DNA from: Nannocystales bacterium
GTDB lineage: Bacteria > Myxococcota_A > Polyangia > Nannocystales > Nannocystaceae
Length of the DNA: 64,000 nucleotides
Direction: 5' to 3'
Assembly: GCA_050633305.1 (NCBI GenBank)
Contig: JBOEGF010000014.1
Location: 331,436 to 395,435 of the forward strand
The stretch's first letter is position 1. Every line of letters starts with the position of its first letter. Below are positions 28,551-37,893 of this stretch, piece by piece. The position numbers were made by a program, and so were the translations under genes. The notes below the pieces were generated by a model that worked only from the letters and a program-made list of their open reading frames with translations, was not told the origin of the DNA and searched no databases.

Positions 28551-28768
28551 TACGCGACATTTTTGGGGATTTGGGCGGCCCTGCGTTGGCCCGCCGAGCT
28601 GAAGAGAGTACGCGGGCGACCACGGCGTTGCGACTCGCGTTGCCTTCCCGGGGGCGCGAGCCTCATCGCGAAGAGTCCGAAAGTCGGGCTGCGCTGTGAG
28701 CCGATCACGCGGCGACCGGACCATGGCGCAACGGGGCTGTGTGAGAAGGAGGTCACGTTTGGGGCCTC

Positions 28769-29872
28769 CTACGTCGGCTCGATCTCCACGGCACGACCCG
28801 TCGAGGCGCGGGCGCCGCGAAGCTCGTCCACAACCTCCCTTTTGGCCTGCGCTTGCGCAAGGTCGAGGGGGCGTACACCGGCACCCACGGTGACGCGACG
28901 GTGCTTCATCGGCTCGCCGCGGACCCACTCTCGAGTCGTCTCCCTATTCGGGTCGCACCCACGAGCCAGCAGCAAACGCACCGCGCTCAGCTCGCCTTTC
29001 CAAGCTGCCACATGCAGAAGCGTCCAACCTTGCGGGTCACAGAGACGGTCCGCGTGACTCACAGTGGCGAGCATCGACTCAAACGACGTTGTACCCATTG
29101 CCAGCTCGAGGGGACTTGTTCCGAGCCCATTTCGTAGGGTCACCTTGGCGCCCGCCTGTACGAGCCGCAAGACCACAGCGTCCACGGAGGCCCGGGCTCG
29201 CGGCTGCAAGCCTCGCGGGTACGAGAGCCAGTTCATGCCGAGCGCCATGTGTAGCGGAGTGGTGTTGCGGTCTTCTTCTCTTCCCCCGTGGACGTTCACG
29301 CGAGCACCCGAGGCCAGCAGCAGGTCGATCAGATCAATCAACCGAAATGATGCCGCGTAGTGAAGGGGGCGGCACCCGTCGTGGTCCCCTTCGTCGACAC
29401 CCGCTCCGCAGTCGATGAGTGCCCGCATGAGCTCACGATTCCCCATCGTCACGGCGTGGTGGAGGCCAGTTGCGCCGCTTTCGAGGTCTCGCGCGTTCAC
29501 ATTCGCTCCGTCAGAGACGAGCCGGCGAATCGTCTCGAGGTCCGCAAGGCACACCGCTCTCCACCACGTTTCCGCTGAGGGCTGTTGGTCAGGAGGTGTT
29601 GCGGTTGCGACTGCGCGTTCGAGATCCGCCCGGTTCGGGATCTCCTCTTCGTACCGAGTCATCGCCTGCCCCAGCCTGAAACCGTGAGGCTTCACTGCGC
29701 ATTTTGGGTGAAACCAGCGGACGATGTGGCGCCCCGAACGACTACGAGGATCGGGCTCTTTGATCCCAAAGCGTAGCTCGCCGTTGTCGATCTTTGTCTT
29801 GCAGCCCTGGCACTTCGAACGTCCCGAACGGGCGGACTCGATGTATTCCAAGACCTCCGACGTCGACCCCAC
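28769..29872 (-). CDS. PARP-type zinc finger fused to ankyrin repeats
   Basis: IESARSGRSKCQGCKTKI..GELRFG...WFHPKC (C-x2-C...H-x2-C), then ankyrin motifs TGLHHA, PLHYAA, TPLHMA and TLLHVAA. Confidence 0.88.
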   Translation of the reverse strand: MGSTSEVLEYIESARSGRSKCQGCKTKIDNGELRFGIKEPDPRSRSGRHIVRWFHPKCAVKPHGFRLGQAMTRYEEEIPNRADLERAVATATPPDQQPSAETWWRAVCLADLETIRRLVSDGANVNARDLESGATGLHHAVTMGNRELMRALIDCGAGVDEGDHDGCRPLHYAASFRLIDLIDLLLASGARVNVHGGREEDRNTTPLHMALGMNWLSYPRGLQPRARASVDAVVLRLVQAGAKVTLRNGLGTSPLELAMGTTSFESMLATVSHADRLCDPQGWTLLHVAAWKGELSAVRLLLARGCDPNRETTREWVRGEPMKHRRVTVGAGVRPLDLAQAQAKREVVDELRGARASTGRAVEIEPT

Positions 29873-30292
29873 GCGGCTTGCCTAACGTGGTTGATGTGTG
29901 CCCGCAACTGCCGGTCGCAGAGCATCCCGTTCAACGGGACCGAAGTGCAGGCCAATCGCTCCTCGCTCAGTGGGGATGCGCCGGTAGGCGGCACCCTAGG
30001 GCGAATTCAAGGTGGGCCGAAGACTGCGCGACTTACTGAGCCGATGATTGATCTCCTCGTTTCAAGCGAGGGGTGTTGTGGAACACCAGTGACTTGTCTG
30101 CTCCGAGAACTGACTGACAGGTCGAGTCTCGCGTCGATACGGCCGGGTTTCCGCGTGGAGTCTTGTGCCCCGTCGGATTCGCTGGCCCCCCAGGGAGCTT
30201 CCACGTCGTTCGCGGAGCTACGTCCGGACCCGGCACCGGGAGAAGGCCTTGCGAGTTGCTCGCGCCGCGCCCCGCCTGCATGATCGCTGACC

Positions 30293-30763
30293 ATGGGTCG
30301 ACTCGGGACACTCTTCTTCGGGCTGCTCGGCACCGCGGGTTGTGCAGGCCCAAGCGCGCCGGAAAAGCCGGCTCCCGTGCAGGACACTGCCAACGTTCGC
30401 GCCTCCCCGGATCCGATCGGTCCGCGTGGCGAGCCGAGTCCGGCGCGCGCCGCGGCGCCGGCTACCCCGTACTTGGAGCGCTGGGTCGAAGACGCCCGCG
30501 AGGCGGAGGCCAACTCGATGACGTGCTGGCGTCTCATCTACAAGGATGATTGCAGGCTCGTACGGGTTGGTGTCGTGCGGTTGGGCGTCGCACTGCGCGA
30601 CGATGGATCCGTCGAATCGGTGAAAACGCAGCACAACACGATTACGGTCGACCCCGAGCTCGTCGCCACCTGCCTCGAAGAGGCGCTTGCGGAATGGACG
30701 TTCCATCCGCCCGAGGAAACCGCCGTCTTTGAGATGGAGTTCCGGTTTGCCGACAGGTGTTGA
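30293..30763 (+). CDS. Lipoprotein with TonB-C/AgmX-PglI-like C-terminal domain
   Basis: Lipobox TAGC and DGSVESV...LVATCLEEALAEWTFHPP...EMEFRF. Confidence 0.7.
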   Translation: MGRLGTLFFGLLGTAGCAGPSAPEKPAPVQDTANVRASPDPIGPRGEPSPARAAAPATPYLERWVEDAREAEANSMTCWRLIYKDDCRLVRVGVVRLGVALRDDGSVESVKTQHNTITVDPELVATCLEEALAEWTFHPPEETAVFEMEFRFADRC

Positions 30764-30892
30764 GCGACAGGGGGCGGGATGGGCGGCTCGACATCGTCGG
30801 GACGGGCGCCGCAGGTCACCGAGCCCCAGACGCCCACTGTTGAACTCGAACGTGGTGACGGCGTTTCCCCGTGACCCCGGGGAGCTGGCACC

Positions 30893-31573
30893 ATGGACGG
30901 GATGACGCTGCGCGGCCCGCTCCTCGCTCTTTCGATTCTGGGACTGGCCTCGGGGTGTGCTGGCCATGACGACAAGGAGGGGAAGGCGCCGGCCCCTGTG
31001 GCTACGACACCGCCGACGGATCCTGAGCCGGCCGCGGTGAACGTGAAGGTCTCGGTCGCTTCGGTACAGCTGCAGGACGACTGCCCCTCTGCGAAACCTC
31101 CATCGTCTGCGGACTCCAAGCCGGATGAAGACGAGCCAAGGGAGGCGGCAATGGAGACCGAGAGTGCGGCGGCGGCCCGCTCCGCCAAGGGGTTCGCCCC
31201 GATGTGCACGCAGTCGCGGGTTCAGCTCTCGATCGAATCGGCTTCGGACACAGCGCAGTCGGTGGCGATCGTCGCGGTGCGGCTAAAGAAGGCGGACGGG
31301 GGCGAGGTGCTGGGGACGATGACCACACGCGAGCCGACGTTGTGGGAGAACTCCAAGTACAACCCGTGGGACGAATCGGTCGCGGCGGGCGCATCGATCA
31401 AGGTGGGCTACTCGTTGGGGGATCCCAACTGGGCTCAAGTCGGGAAGTCTCTCGGTGGCGACACTTGGGGGCCGATGTACATCGTGGAACTCGACGTCGA
31501 GGTCGGAGGGCAGCGACAGACCATCGCCTCGCCCAAGGTTCCGCGCGACGAGCCCGAAAACATCGTCACTTGA
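30893..31573 (+). CDS. Hypothetical lipoprotein (paralog 1)
   Basis: GGAG SD, lipobox ASGC; strong similarity to the next gene. Confidence 0.85.
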   Translation: MDGMTLRGPLLALSILGLASGCAGHDDKEGKAPAPVATTPPTDPEPAAVNVKVSVASVQLQDDCPSAKPPSSADSKPDEDEPREAAMETESAAAARSAKGFAPMCTQSRVQLSIESASDTAQSVAIVAVRLKKADGGEVLGTMTTREPTLWENSKYNPWDESVAAGASIKVGYSLGDPNWAQVGKSLGGDTWGPMYIVELDVEVGGQRQTIASPKVPRDEPENIVT

Positions 31574-31631
31574 GCACCGAAATCGGACACCGGTAGACCG
31601 AAGCTTTGATCTGTACGTTGAGGGAGCACCC

Positions 31632-32399
31632 ATGAAGACGCTGATGTTTCGCAGGCCGTTTCTGTCGCTCACGATCCTTGCGTTGGCGTCGGCCTGCACC
31701 CCGCATGAAGACGCCACGGACTTGCCAACGCCGCCCGAGGCAAAGGCCGTTGCGGGCGGCTCCTCGGGGACGCCGCAAGCCGAAGTCGAGCTCGAACCCG
31801 AGCCCGAGCCCGAGCACAAGCCGGAAACTGTGACCGTCGCGGTCGCCTCGGTGCAGCTGCAGGACGATTGCCCGACACCGGCGGCGGCACCGAAGCCTGC
31901 GATGCCACAGGAGCGATCGTTGGGGGCTCGTTCGATGCCGAAGCCGGGACCGCGCGAAGCTCCGGGCAACGTCGCGCATGGGGACCGAGCTGGAGACATG
32001 GAGGACGGATTCGCCGCGCGGTGTGTCCAGTCGGAGGTCCAGCTTTCGATCACGTCCAAGGACTCCGAGGTGCTTCCGTTCTCGATTCGTGCCGTACGGC
32101 TTCGCAAGAGTGAGGACTTGGAGCCGAGCGGAACCATCGAGACGATGCGAGCGCGAGCGCCTCGGATCTGGAAGGGCTCGACCTACGCCACGTGGGATGA
32201 GTCCATCGCCCCGGGCTCGACCCTGAACGTGCGCTATGCACTGGGAGCGCCCGACTGGGCCGCAGTGGAGAAGGTGATCGACGGCAGCAGTTGGGGGCCT
32301 TTGTACGTCGTTGAACTCGAAGTCGAGGTCGCGGGCCGCCTGCAGACCATCAGTTCACCGCTGGCTCCCCGCGAGGCTATCGAGGAAATGGTGACGTGA
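31632..32399 (+). CDS. Hypothetical lipoprotein (paralog 2)
   Basis: GGGAG SD, lipobox ASAC; shares VASVQLQDDCP, QS.VQLSI, WDES.A.G, WGP.Y.VEL.VEV.G and QTI.SP with paralog 1. Confidence 0.85.
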   Translation: MKTLMFRRPFLSLTILALASACTPHEDATDLPTPPEAKAVAGGSSGTPQAEVELEPEPEPEHKPETVTVAVASVQLQDDCPTPAAAPKPAMPQERSLGARSMPKPGPREAPGNVAHGDRAGDMEDGFAARCVQSEVQLSITSKDSEVLPFSIRAVRLRKSEDLEPSGTIETMRARAPRIWKGSTYATWDESIAPGSTLNVRYALGAPDWAAVEKVIDGSSWGPLYVVELEVEVAGRLQTISSPLAPREAIEEMVT

Positions 32400-33751
32400 A
32401 ATCCTGGCTCGTCGGGCTGGCCTTTGTGTTGGGTTGCGGCGAAGGCTCGCCCACCCCCGTGCCGGCTCCGGTCGAGCGCCCCGTGCCGACGGCCAAGGCC
32501 ACGCCGTGGTCCGACGCTTGGATCCTGGCGGAGGGAAGCCGATACCTCGACGACCCTGTGTTTCGGCGAGAGGCGCTCGAGCACTCCATGACCGACGGGT
32601 CCAACGTGTATTCGGCCACCCGGTTGAGCGCGTATGGACAGGGAACCCGAGGTTGGGATGTGCTTCCCGTGTGGTCTCCGCGCGTGCATCCCGTCACGGC
32701 GGGCGTGGCGGAAGAGCTGCGCTCGACCGCCCGTTTCGAGCTGCCGGCCGAAGCCGCGCCGATGTGGGACGAGGTTCGACCATCGACGTTCGAGGGGTGG
32801 GCGGCATTGGGGCGCGAGGTGTTCTTCTCCTATCCGCTGCGTCCCGAGGCTCAGGCTGCACACGCCGTGGCGGACCCGCGTGTTGCGAAGCGCGTGGGGT
32901 TCGAGCCCACCTCAGAGGGCTCCTGGCCAGGTGTCGTGGCCTTCGAGGACATCGACGGCCGCGCCAAGATCGGGATCACGTGCGCTCTGTGTCACGTGTC
33001 GATCGAGGATGGCCAGGCCGTCGTCGGTCGGGCGCGTCGGGACTTGGACTACGGGCAGATGCGGCTCGCCTGGCACGCGGACACGGGCGCGGCGTTGTCG
33101 AAGACGCTCGCCCAGCGGATGGCGAACTGGGGGCCAGGCCGCGCCGACATCACGGCCGACGACGACGAAGACCCGGTCGCAATCGTCGACCTGTGGGGGT
33201 TACGCGAACTCCGGCACCTCACGCAGGCTGCCACCGTCACGCACGATCATCCGGCAGCCCTGGCGATCCGGCAGGAGACCCAGATCCTTCATGCCAACCG
33301 TGAACGCACCCGGCCACCCCGAGAACTCGCGTGGGCGCTCGCGGTCTACCTCTACACCCTCGAACCTCCCCCGGCAGGGGATGCCGATGCGCCGGCGGTG
33401 GGCCGAGGTGCTTCCCTTTTTGAGGCTGAGTGCTCGGGGTGTCACAGCGAACCCAGCGGCGCAGGTTCACCGATCGCCGCCGTACGCGTGGGAACGGATC
33501 GCAACCTCGCCCAAGGAACAGCGCGCGGGACCGGCTTGTACCGCCCCGCACCGTTGATTCGGGTGGGTGACGCAGCGCCGTATCTTCACGACGGAACCGT
33601 TGCCACGCTCGAGGCGTTGTTCGGTCGCGAGCGCCTTCGCGATGGGTACGTTGGACCCCGGGGGCGGGGAGCCGTGAAGGGGCACGCGTACGGCGTGGAC
33701 CTGCCGCAGGCTTCGAAGCGGGACCTGATCGCGTACCTACGCTCGCGTTGA
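32396..33751 (+). CDS. Di-heme c-type cytochrome lipoprotein (peroxidase/RoxA-like superfamily)
   Basis: Lipobox VLGC, CALCH, CSGCH and APYLHDGTVATL...DLIAYL. Confidence 0.85.
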   Translation: MKSWLVGLAFVLGCGEGSPTPVPAPVERPVPTAKATPWSDAWILAEGSRYLDDPVFRREALEHSMTDGSNVYSATRLSAYGQGTRGWDVLPVWSPRVHPVTAGVAEELRSTARFELPAEAAPMWDEVRPSTFEGWAALGREVFFSYPLRPEAQAAHAVADPRVAKRVGFEPTSEGSWPGVVAFEDIDGRAKIGITCALCHVSIEDGQAVVGRARRDLDYGQMRLAWHADTGAALSKTLAQRMANWGPGRADITADDDEDPVAIVDLWGLRELRHLTQAATVTHDHPAALAIRQETQILHANRERTRPPRELAWALAVYLYTLEPPPAGDADAPAVGRGASLFEAECSGCHSEPSGAGSPIAAVRVGTDRNLAQGTARGTGLYRPAPLIRVGDAAPYLHDGTVATLEALFGRERLRDGYVGPRGRGAVKGHAYGVDLPQASKRDLIAYLRSR

Positions 33752-33765
33752 GGAGCGCGGGGGGT

Positions 33766-36525
33766 TCACCGCAGGGGTGGCTCCACCTCAGCGGCGGCGA
33801 GGCAGAACCGTTCGAGGTGGCGGCCGCCGTTGACCAGCGTGGCGACGGCGGGGCCGTCGTGGGTTTCGGCTCGGACGAAGAAGTCGAGGTTGTCGGAGGC
33901 GAGCTTTCTGGGGGCCCTGCCGACGCCGAACTTGAGCTTGCGGCCCGGCGCTCCGAGGAGGCGGCGGGTGAGTCGGCCCAGGACGTCGTGATGGCCGTTG
34001 CCCAGCTCGATTTCGACGACGCCGCCGGGCGGGATGCCGAACTCGAGGCAGCGGAACAGGTACGGAGCACGGTAGGTGGTGGCGCGAACGGGGCGATGCT
34101 CCGCTTCGCTGCACCCAGACAAGACGTCCTTCCCGGTGAGACCGTTGCAGACGCGGCCGGGGGTGCGCTTGAACACGACAGCGCCCTCGTCGATGAGGTC
34201 TCGAGTCAGGCGGGGTCGCTCGTCGTCACTCGCATCGCGGTCTTCGGGCTTCGGGGCGCCACGGTAGGCCCGATCGGCAGCGAAGTGTTGCCAGGTCCGC
34301 TCGAGGTTCGAGGCCTGAAGTCGCTCCACGGCCATGGTGGCGACGAGGGCGAGCACCACTGCGACCGGCCACAAACTCCGTGGCAGGGTCGAGCGAGGTC
34401 GGAATCGAAGCGGCCGGCCGAGGGCGAGTGCCCCGAGTCCGAGCAGCCACGCGAACACGGAGACCCAGCCGGCGAGTTGCTCGAGCGGGGTCCGGCGGTA
34501 GCGGAGTTCGAGTCGGCCTGAGCCGGGGACGTCCACCGAGAGGAGGTTGAGTCCGGGGACGCGCTTGGATGTTTTGATGTCGAGCGAAGCGCCTTCGAAG
34601 GTGGCCTCCCATCGCAGGTGCGGTGCCTGGCGGAGGATGACGGTGGAGGGCTCGGCGGTGTCGACGTCGATGACGATGTGCTCGTCTTCGTCGGTCTCGA
34701 GGGCGGCGACCCCGTGGTCGATGTGGACCCGCGGCGTGGTGCTCTCGGGGACATAGCGTGCGACGTGGTACCGGCCGAACGTCTCGAGCTCGGTCAGGCG
34801 GTCCGCGAAACTCTGCTCACGTTCGCCCAGGGGGCGATCGTGAATGACGTGGGTGATGCCCAATGCATCGTAGGCCGCGGGGTCACGACGGATGCGGTGC
34901 TTGAAGTTGACCGCGGCAATGTGGCCGTCGAGCACCAGCTCGGCATTCGCATCCGCGATCGCGTAGATCGGAAACATACCGCCACCCATGCCGTGGCGTA
35001 GGTAGGCGACCTTCAACGGTCCCTCGACAGCGACGGACTCTTCGCGGAGCAGCGCCAACATTCCCGCTTCATCGATGCCTTCGGGGTGGGCTTCGAGCGT
35101 GTCCAATGCGCCGACGGGGCGGGTCTTGAGCCGCCCGAGGTCGGGAGCAAAGGTGGCGAGGAACGGGGCGGCGAGGGCAGCGAACACCCACGCGCGAGGT
35201 CGTGAGGGGTGCAGGCTGGGGGCGATGGAGCGGACCGCAGCCGGGAGGAGCACCGCACCGACGCCGGCGACGGCGAACATGAGGGGCTTGAGCTCGATCG
35301 TGTAGCGCGGGAACTGAAGGTTCTTGAACCCGGAGACGACCAAGTCCAGGCGCAGGACGGTCATCGACTCGTGAGAGCCCAGGACCACGAGGGCTGCGCA
35401 CAGCAGCAGCGCGGACACTCCGAGGGCGGAGGGGCGTCGAACGATGGCGAGGACGCCGAGGACGAACAGCGGTCCGAGCCAGGCCCAGTGGGTGGGGAAC
35501 AACGCGCCGGTCAACGTCTCGTAAGAGAGTTGGCCGAGCGGAGACCACTGAACGGGGCTGCGGGCCATCCCCGCGGCGCTGCCGAAGAACACCAACACAA
35601 CACTCCCGGCCACGGCGGCGGCTCCGATGTGCACGAGAAGCCAGGTACGCAGGGGGGCGGGCATTTTGCTCGGCGAGAGGAACACTGCCACGAGAAGCAG
35701 CCCGGCTGAGGCGGCGGCCGCGAGCATGCCAAAGGGGTGTGCGGCCACGCTGGCGCCGAGAACAAGTGCGGCAGCGGCGATGCGACGGGGGGAGGGGCGC
35801 TCGAGCGCACGCATCGTGAGCGTCAGCGAAAGCGCCCACAGCACGGCGGAGAACATCTGAGGCCAGACCCCATGAAACAGCAGGTAGTTCCACCCGCCCT
35901 GGCGACTCGCCCCCGCATCGAACAACCACAGCAAGCCGCCTGCACAAAACGCCCAGCGTGCAGCCAACGGATCGCCTCGCCGCACCGTGGATACGATCGT
36001 GTGTGCCAGCCAGCCCACCGCGATCGTGCCCAGCGCCCACGTGATCGCGATGCCCCATGCATAGCTGGCACGCGGGCTCACCAGGCCGAACGTCGCGGCG
36101 TTGGAGACCCCACCCAGCAAGTACCCGACGACGGGGTAGCTCTCTCCGTAGGGGTAGCCGGCACCGAGGGTGTCGGTCCAGCCCCAGAGGCGCCCGCTGG
36201 GGATCAGCTCGTCCCACAGCAGCCGCGTCTGGAAGTAGTGGATCGCGTGGTCCCGGGATGCGGGCGGGCGACCGAGGAGCAGCTCCCAGAACAACCCGAC
36301 GTAGGCCGCGACGAGAACGACGACGGGCGCGGCGAGACGAAGCCGTGGCACAGGTCGTTGCACGAGGAACCGGAGCTCCCAGAGGCCACCGAGCAGCATG
36401 GTCGTCCCGAGCCAACGCGCGAGACCGGGCCCCGATGAGGAGAGCGCGGTGCCGCACGCGAGCAGTAGACCGACCATGAGGCGGTCGGTACTCGTCCGGA
36501 TCGCAGGGGGCCGGGAGGCGTTCAA
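33766..36525 (-). CDS. Polytopic membrane protein, GT-C glycosyltransferase-like (PTPS-related/YfhO-type)
   Basis: DHAIH...GWTDTLGAGYPYGESYP, more than 10 TMs, and a YfhO-like C-terminal region (RWEAT...LELRYR). Confidence 0.75.
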   Translation of the reverse strand: MNASRPPAIRTSTDRLMVGLLLACGTALSSSGPGLARWLGTTMLLGGLWELRFLVQRPVPRLRLAAPVVVLVAAYVGLFWELLLGRPPASRDHAIHYFQTRLLWDELIPSGRLWGWTDTLGAGYPYGESYPVVGYLLGGVSNAATFGLVSPRASYAWGIAITWALGTIAVGWLAHTIVSTVRRGDPLAARWAFCAGGLLWLFDAGASRQGGWNYLLFHGVWPQMFSAVLWALSLTLTMRALERPSPRRIAAAALVLGASVAAHPFGMLAAAASAGLLLVAVFLSPSKMPAPLRTWLLVHIGAAAVAGSVVLVFFGSAAGMARSPVQWSPLGQLSYETLTGALFPTHWAWLGPLFVLGVLAIVRRPSALGVSALLLCAALVVLGSHESMTVLRLDLVVSGFKNLQFPRYTIELKPLMFAVAGVGAVLLPAAVRSIAPSLHPSRPRAWVFAALAAPFLATFAPDLGRLKTRPVGALDTLEAHPEGIDEAGMLALLREESVAVEGPLKVAYLRHGMGGGMFPIYAIADANAELVLDGHIAAVNFKHRIRRDPAAYDALGITHVIHDRPLGEREQSFADRLTELETFGRYHVARYVPESTTPRVHIDHGVAALETDEDEHIVIDVDTAEPSTVILRQAPHLRWEATFEGASLDIKTSKRVPGLNLLSVDVPGSGRLELRYRRTPLEQLAGWVSVFAWLLGLGALALGRPLRFRPRSTLPRSLWPVAVVLALVATMAVERLQASNLERTWQHFAADRAYRGAPKPEDRDASDDERPRLTRDLIDEGAVVFKRTPGRVCNGLTGKDVLSGCSEAEHRPVRATTYRAPYLFRCLEFGIPPGGVVEIELGNGHHDVLGRLTRRLLGAPGRKLKFGVGRAPRKLASDNLDFFVRAETHDGPAVATLVNGGRHLERFCLAAAEVEPPLR

Positions 36526-36701
36526 CGCCGCGAATCTACCAAACGCGGCGGTCGGCGCGGGAGCGGCTTGCGCGGCCCCTTGTCCGTCCGTTTCTCCGAG
36601 CTCGGCGGCGTGAAGAAGGGCGTCCGGGAGGGGGAAAGCGTGCAGGAGGAAAAACTCATCCGGCTTTTGAACCGTTTGGATGACCTGCTCACCACCGGGA
36701 C

Positions 36702-37892
36702 ATGAACGTCAAGACACCCCAGTCCGCTGCTCCTGCGCTTCTCGCTTGCCTGCTCGTTGCCCCTGGCTGCTTTTCTGCGGATGACCCGTTGATGCCTGCC
36801 GCGGAGGGGTCGACCGGGGATGTGGATCCGACGGATGACGAGGTCCCCAATCCCACGGGGACGGGCGAGGGCAGCACGACGGGCCAAGACCCGAGGGCGA
36901 GTGAGGGAACGACAGGGGGCATGGGCACCAGCGAGGACGGTGAAACGACCGAGGGAGAGACCGGCGAGGGAGGGGAGAGCAGCGGTGGCGAGACGTCTGG
37001 CGGGGAAGGGGAGAGCACGGGGGCAGCCGTCGCCCCCACGATCCTCGACGTTCTGCCTGAGGATGGGGCAGTTGGGGTGGCGGCTGGAGATCCCATTGTG
37101 GTCCGGTTCAGCGAGCCGATGGACAAGGCCGCCACGCAGGCGGCGTATCAGTCGGCCGACATCCCCGCGGGGAGCGTGACGTTCGCGTGGAACGACGCGG
37201 GGGACGAGCTGACGATCGTTCCCAACGACCCGCTCGAGTACGCGGAGGGAACCAACCCAAACACCACCGACGCGCTGAGCTATTCCTTCACCATCTCGAG
37301 CGCGGGCGAGTCCGAGGCGGGTGTCGCGTTGGTAGACGACACCGAAGCCTCCTTCTCGACCCTTCGTCGACTGTCCCTGAGCTACAGCCAGGACACGGAG
37401 TTGTCCGGCCGAGTTCGAGACCTTGGAGGCTCCGCAATGCTCGCGGGCTCGTACAGTCTCGGCGACAACAGCATCAACGACACAGGACGGGGGTTCGTCT
37501 CGTTTGACATCTCGAGCCTTCCGGACGGCCCGGTGACGGTCGAGAGCGGAAACCTGCACGCCCGCTTCACGACCATTCAGGGCAACCCGTTCATCGACCT
37601 GGGGGCGGTGGTCTACCAGCATGTCAGCTACGACACGTTCAACGACCCCCTGTTCGACGTCGAGGCCTTGAGCACCGCTTCGGGCCTGTTTGCGACGATG
37701 AACGATGACGAGGTTGACCGAGATGTCACCGATATCGCGGCGGCAACGGTCGCCGACCCCGGGACGTTCGAGCAGCGTGTGCAGTTCAGGTTTCGGTGGG
37801 TTTTCAACGAAACCGACAACGATGGCCAGACCGACGGCGTGACTGTGATTGGGGGAGACCTCGGCCTCGACCTCCAAGTGCTGGTCCCCTGA
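36702..37892 (+). CDS. Lipoprotein with Gly/Thr/Glu linker and bacterial Ig-like (Big_5) domain
   Basis: Lipobox APGC and APTILDVLPEDGAVGV...IVVRFSEPMD. Confidence 0.85.
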   Translation: MNVKTPQSAAPALLACLLVAPGCFSADDPLMPAAEGSTGDVDPTDDEVPNPTGTGEGSTTGQDPRASEGTTGGMGTSEDGETTEGETGEGGESSGGETSGGEGESTGAAVAPTILDVLPEDGAVGVAAGDPIVVRFSEPMDKAATQAAYQSADIPAGSVTFAWNDAGDELTIVPNDPLEYAEGTNPNTTDALSYSFTISSAGESEAGVALVDDTEASFSTLRRLSLSYSQDTELSGRVRDLGGSAMLAGSYSLGDNSINDTGRGFVSFDISSLPDGPVTVESGNLHARFTTIQGNPFIDLGAVVYQHVSYDTFNDPLFDVEALSTASGLFATMNDDEVDRDVTDIAAATVADPGTFEQRVQFRFRWVFNETDNDGQTDGVTVIGGDLGLDLQVLVP

Positions 37893-37893
37893 A

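Noticed and set aside
29873..30292. 420-bp gap with several small hairpins as a possible ncRNA
   Set aside because: No recognisable RNA family or terminator; short stems are expected at this GC content.
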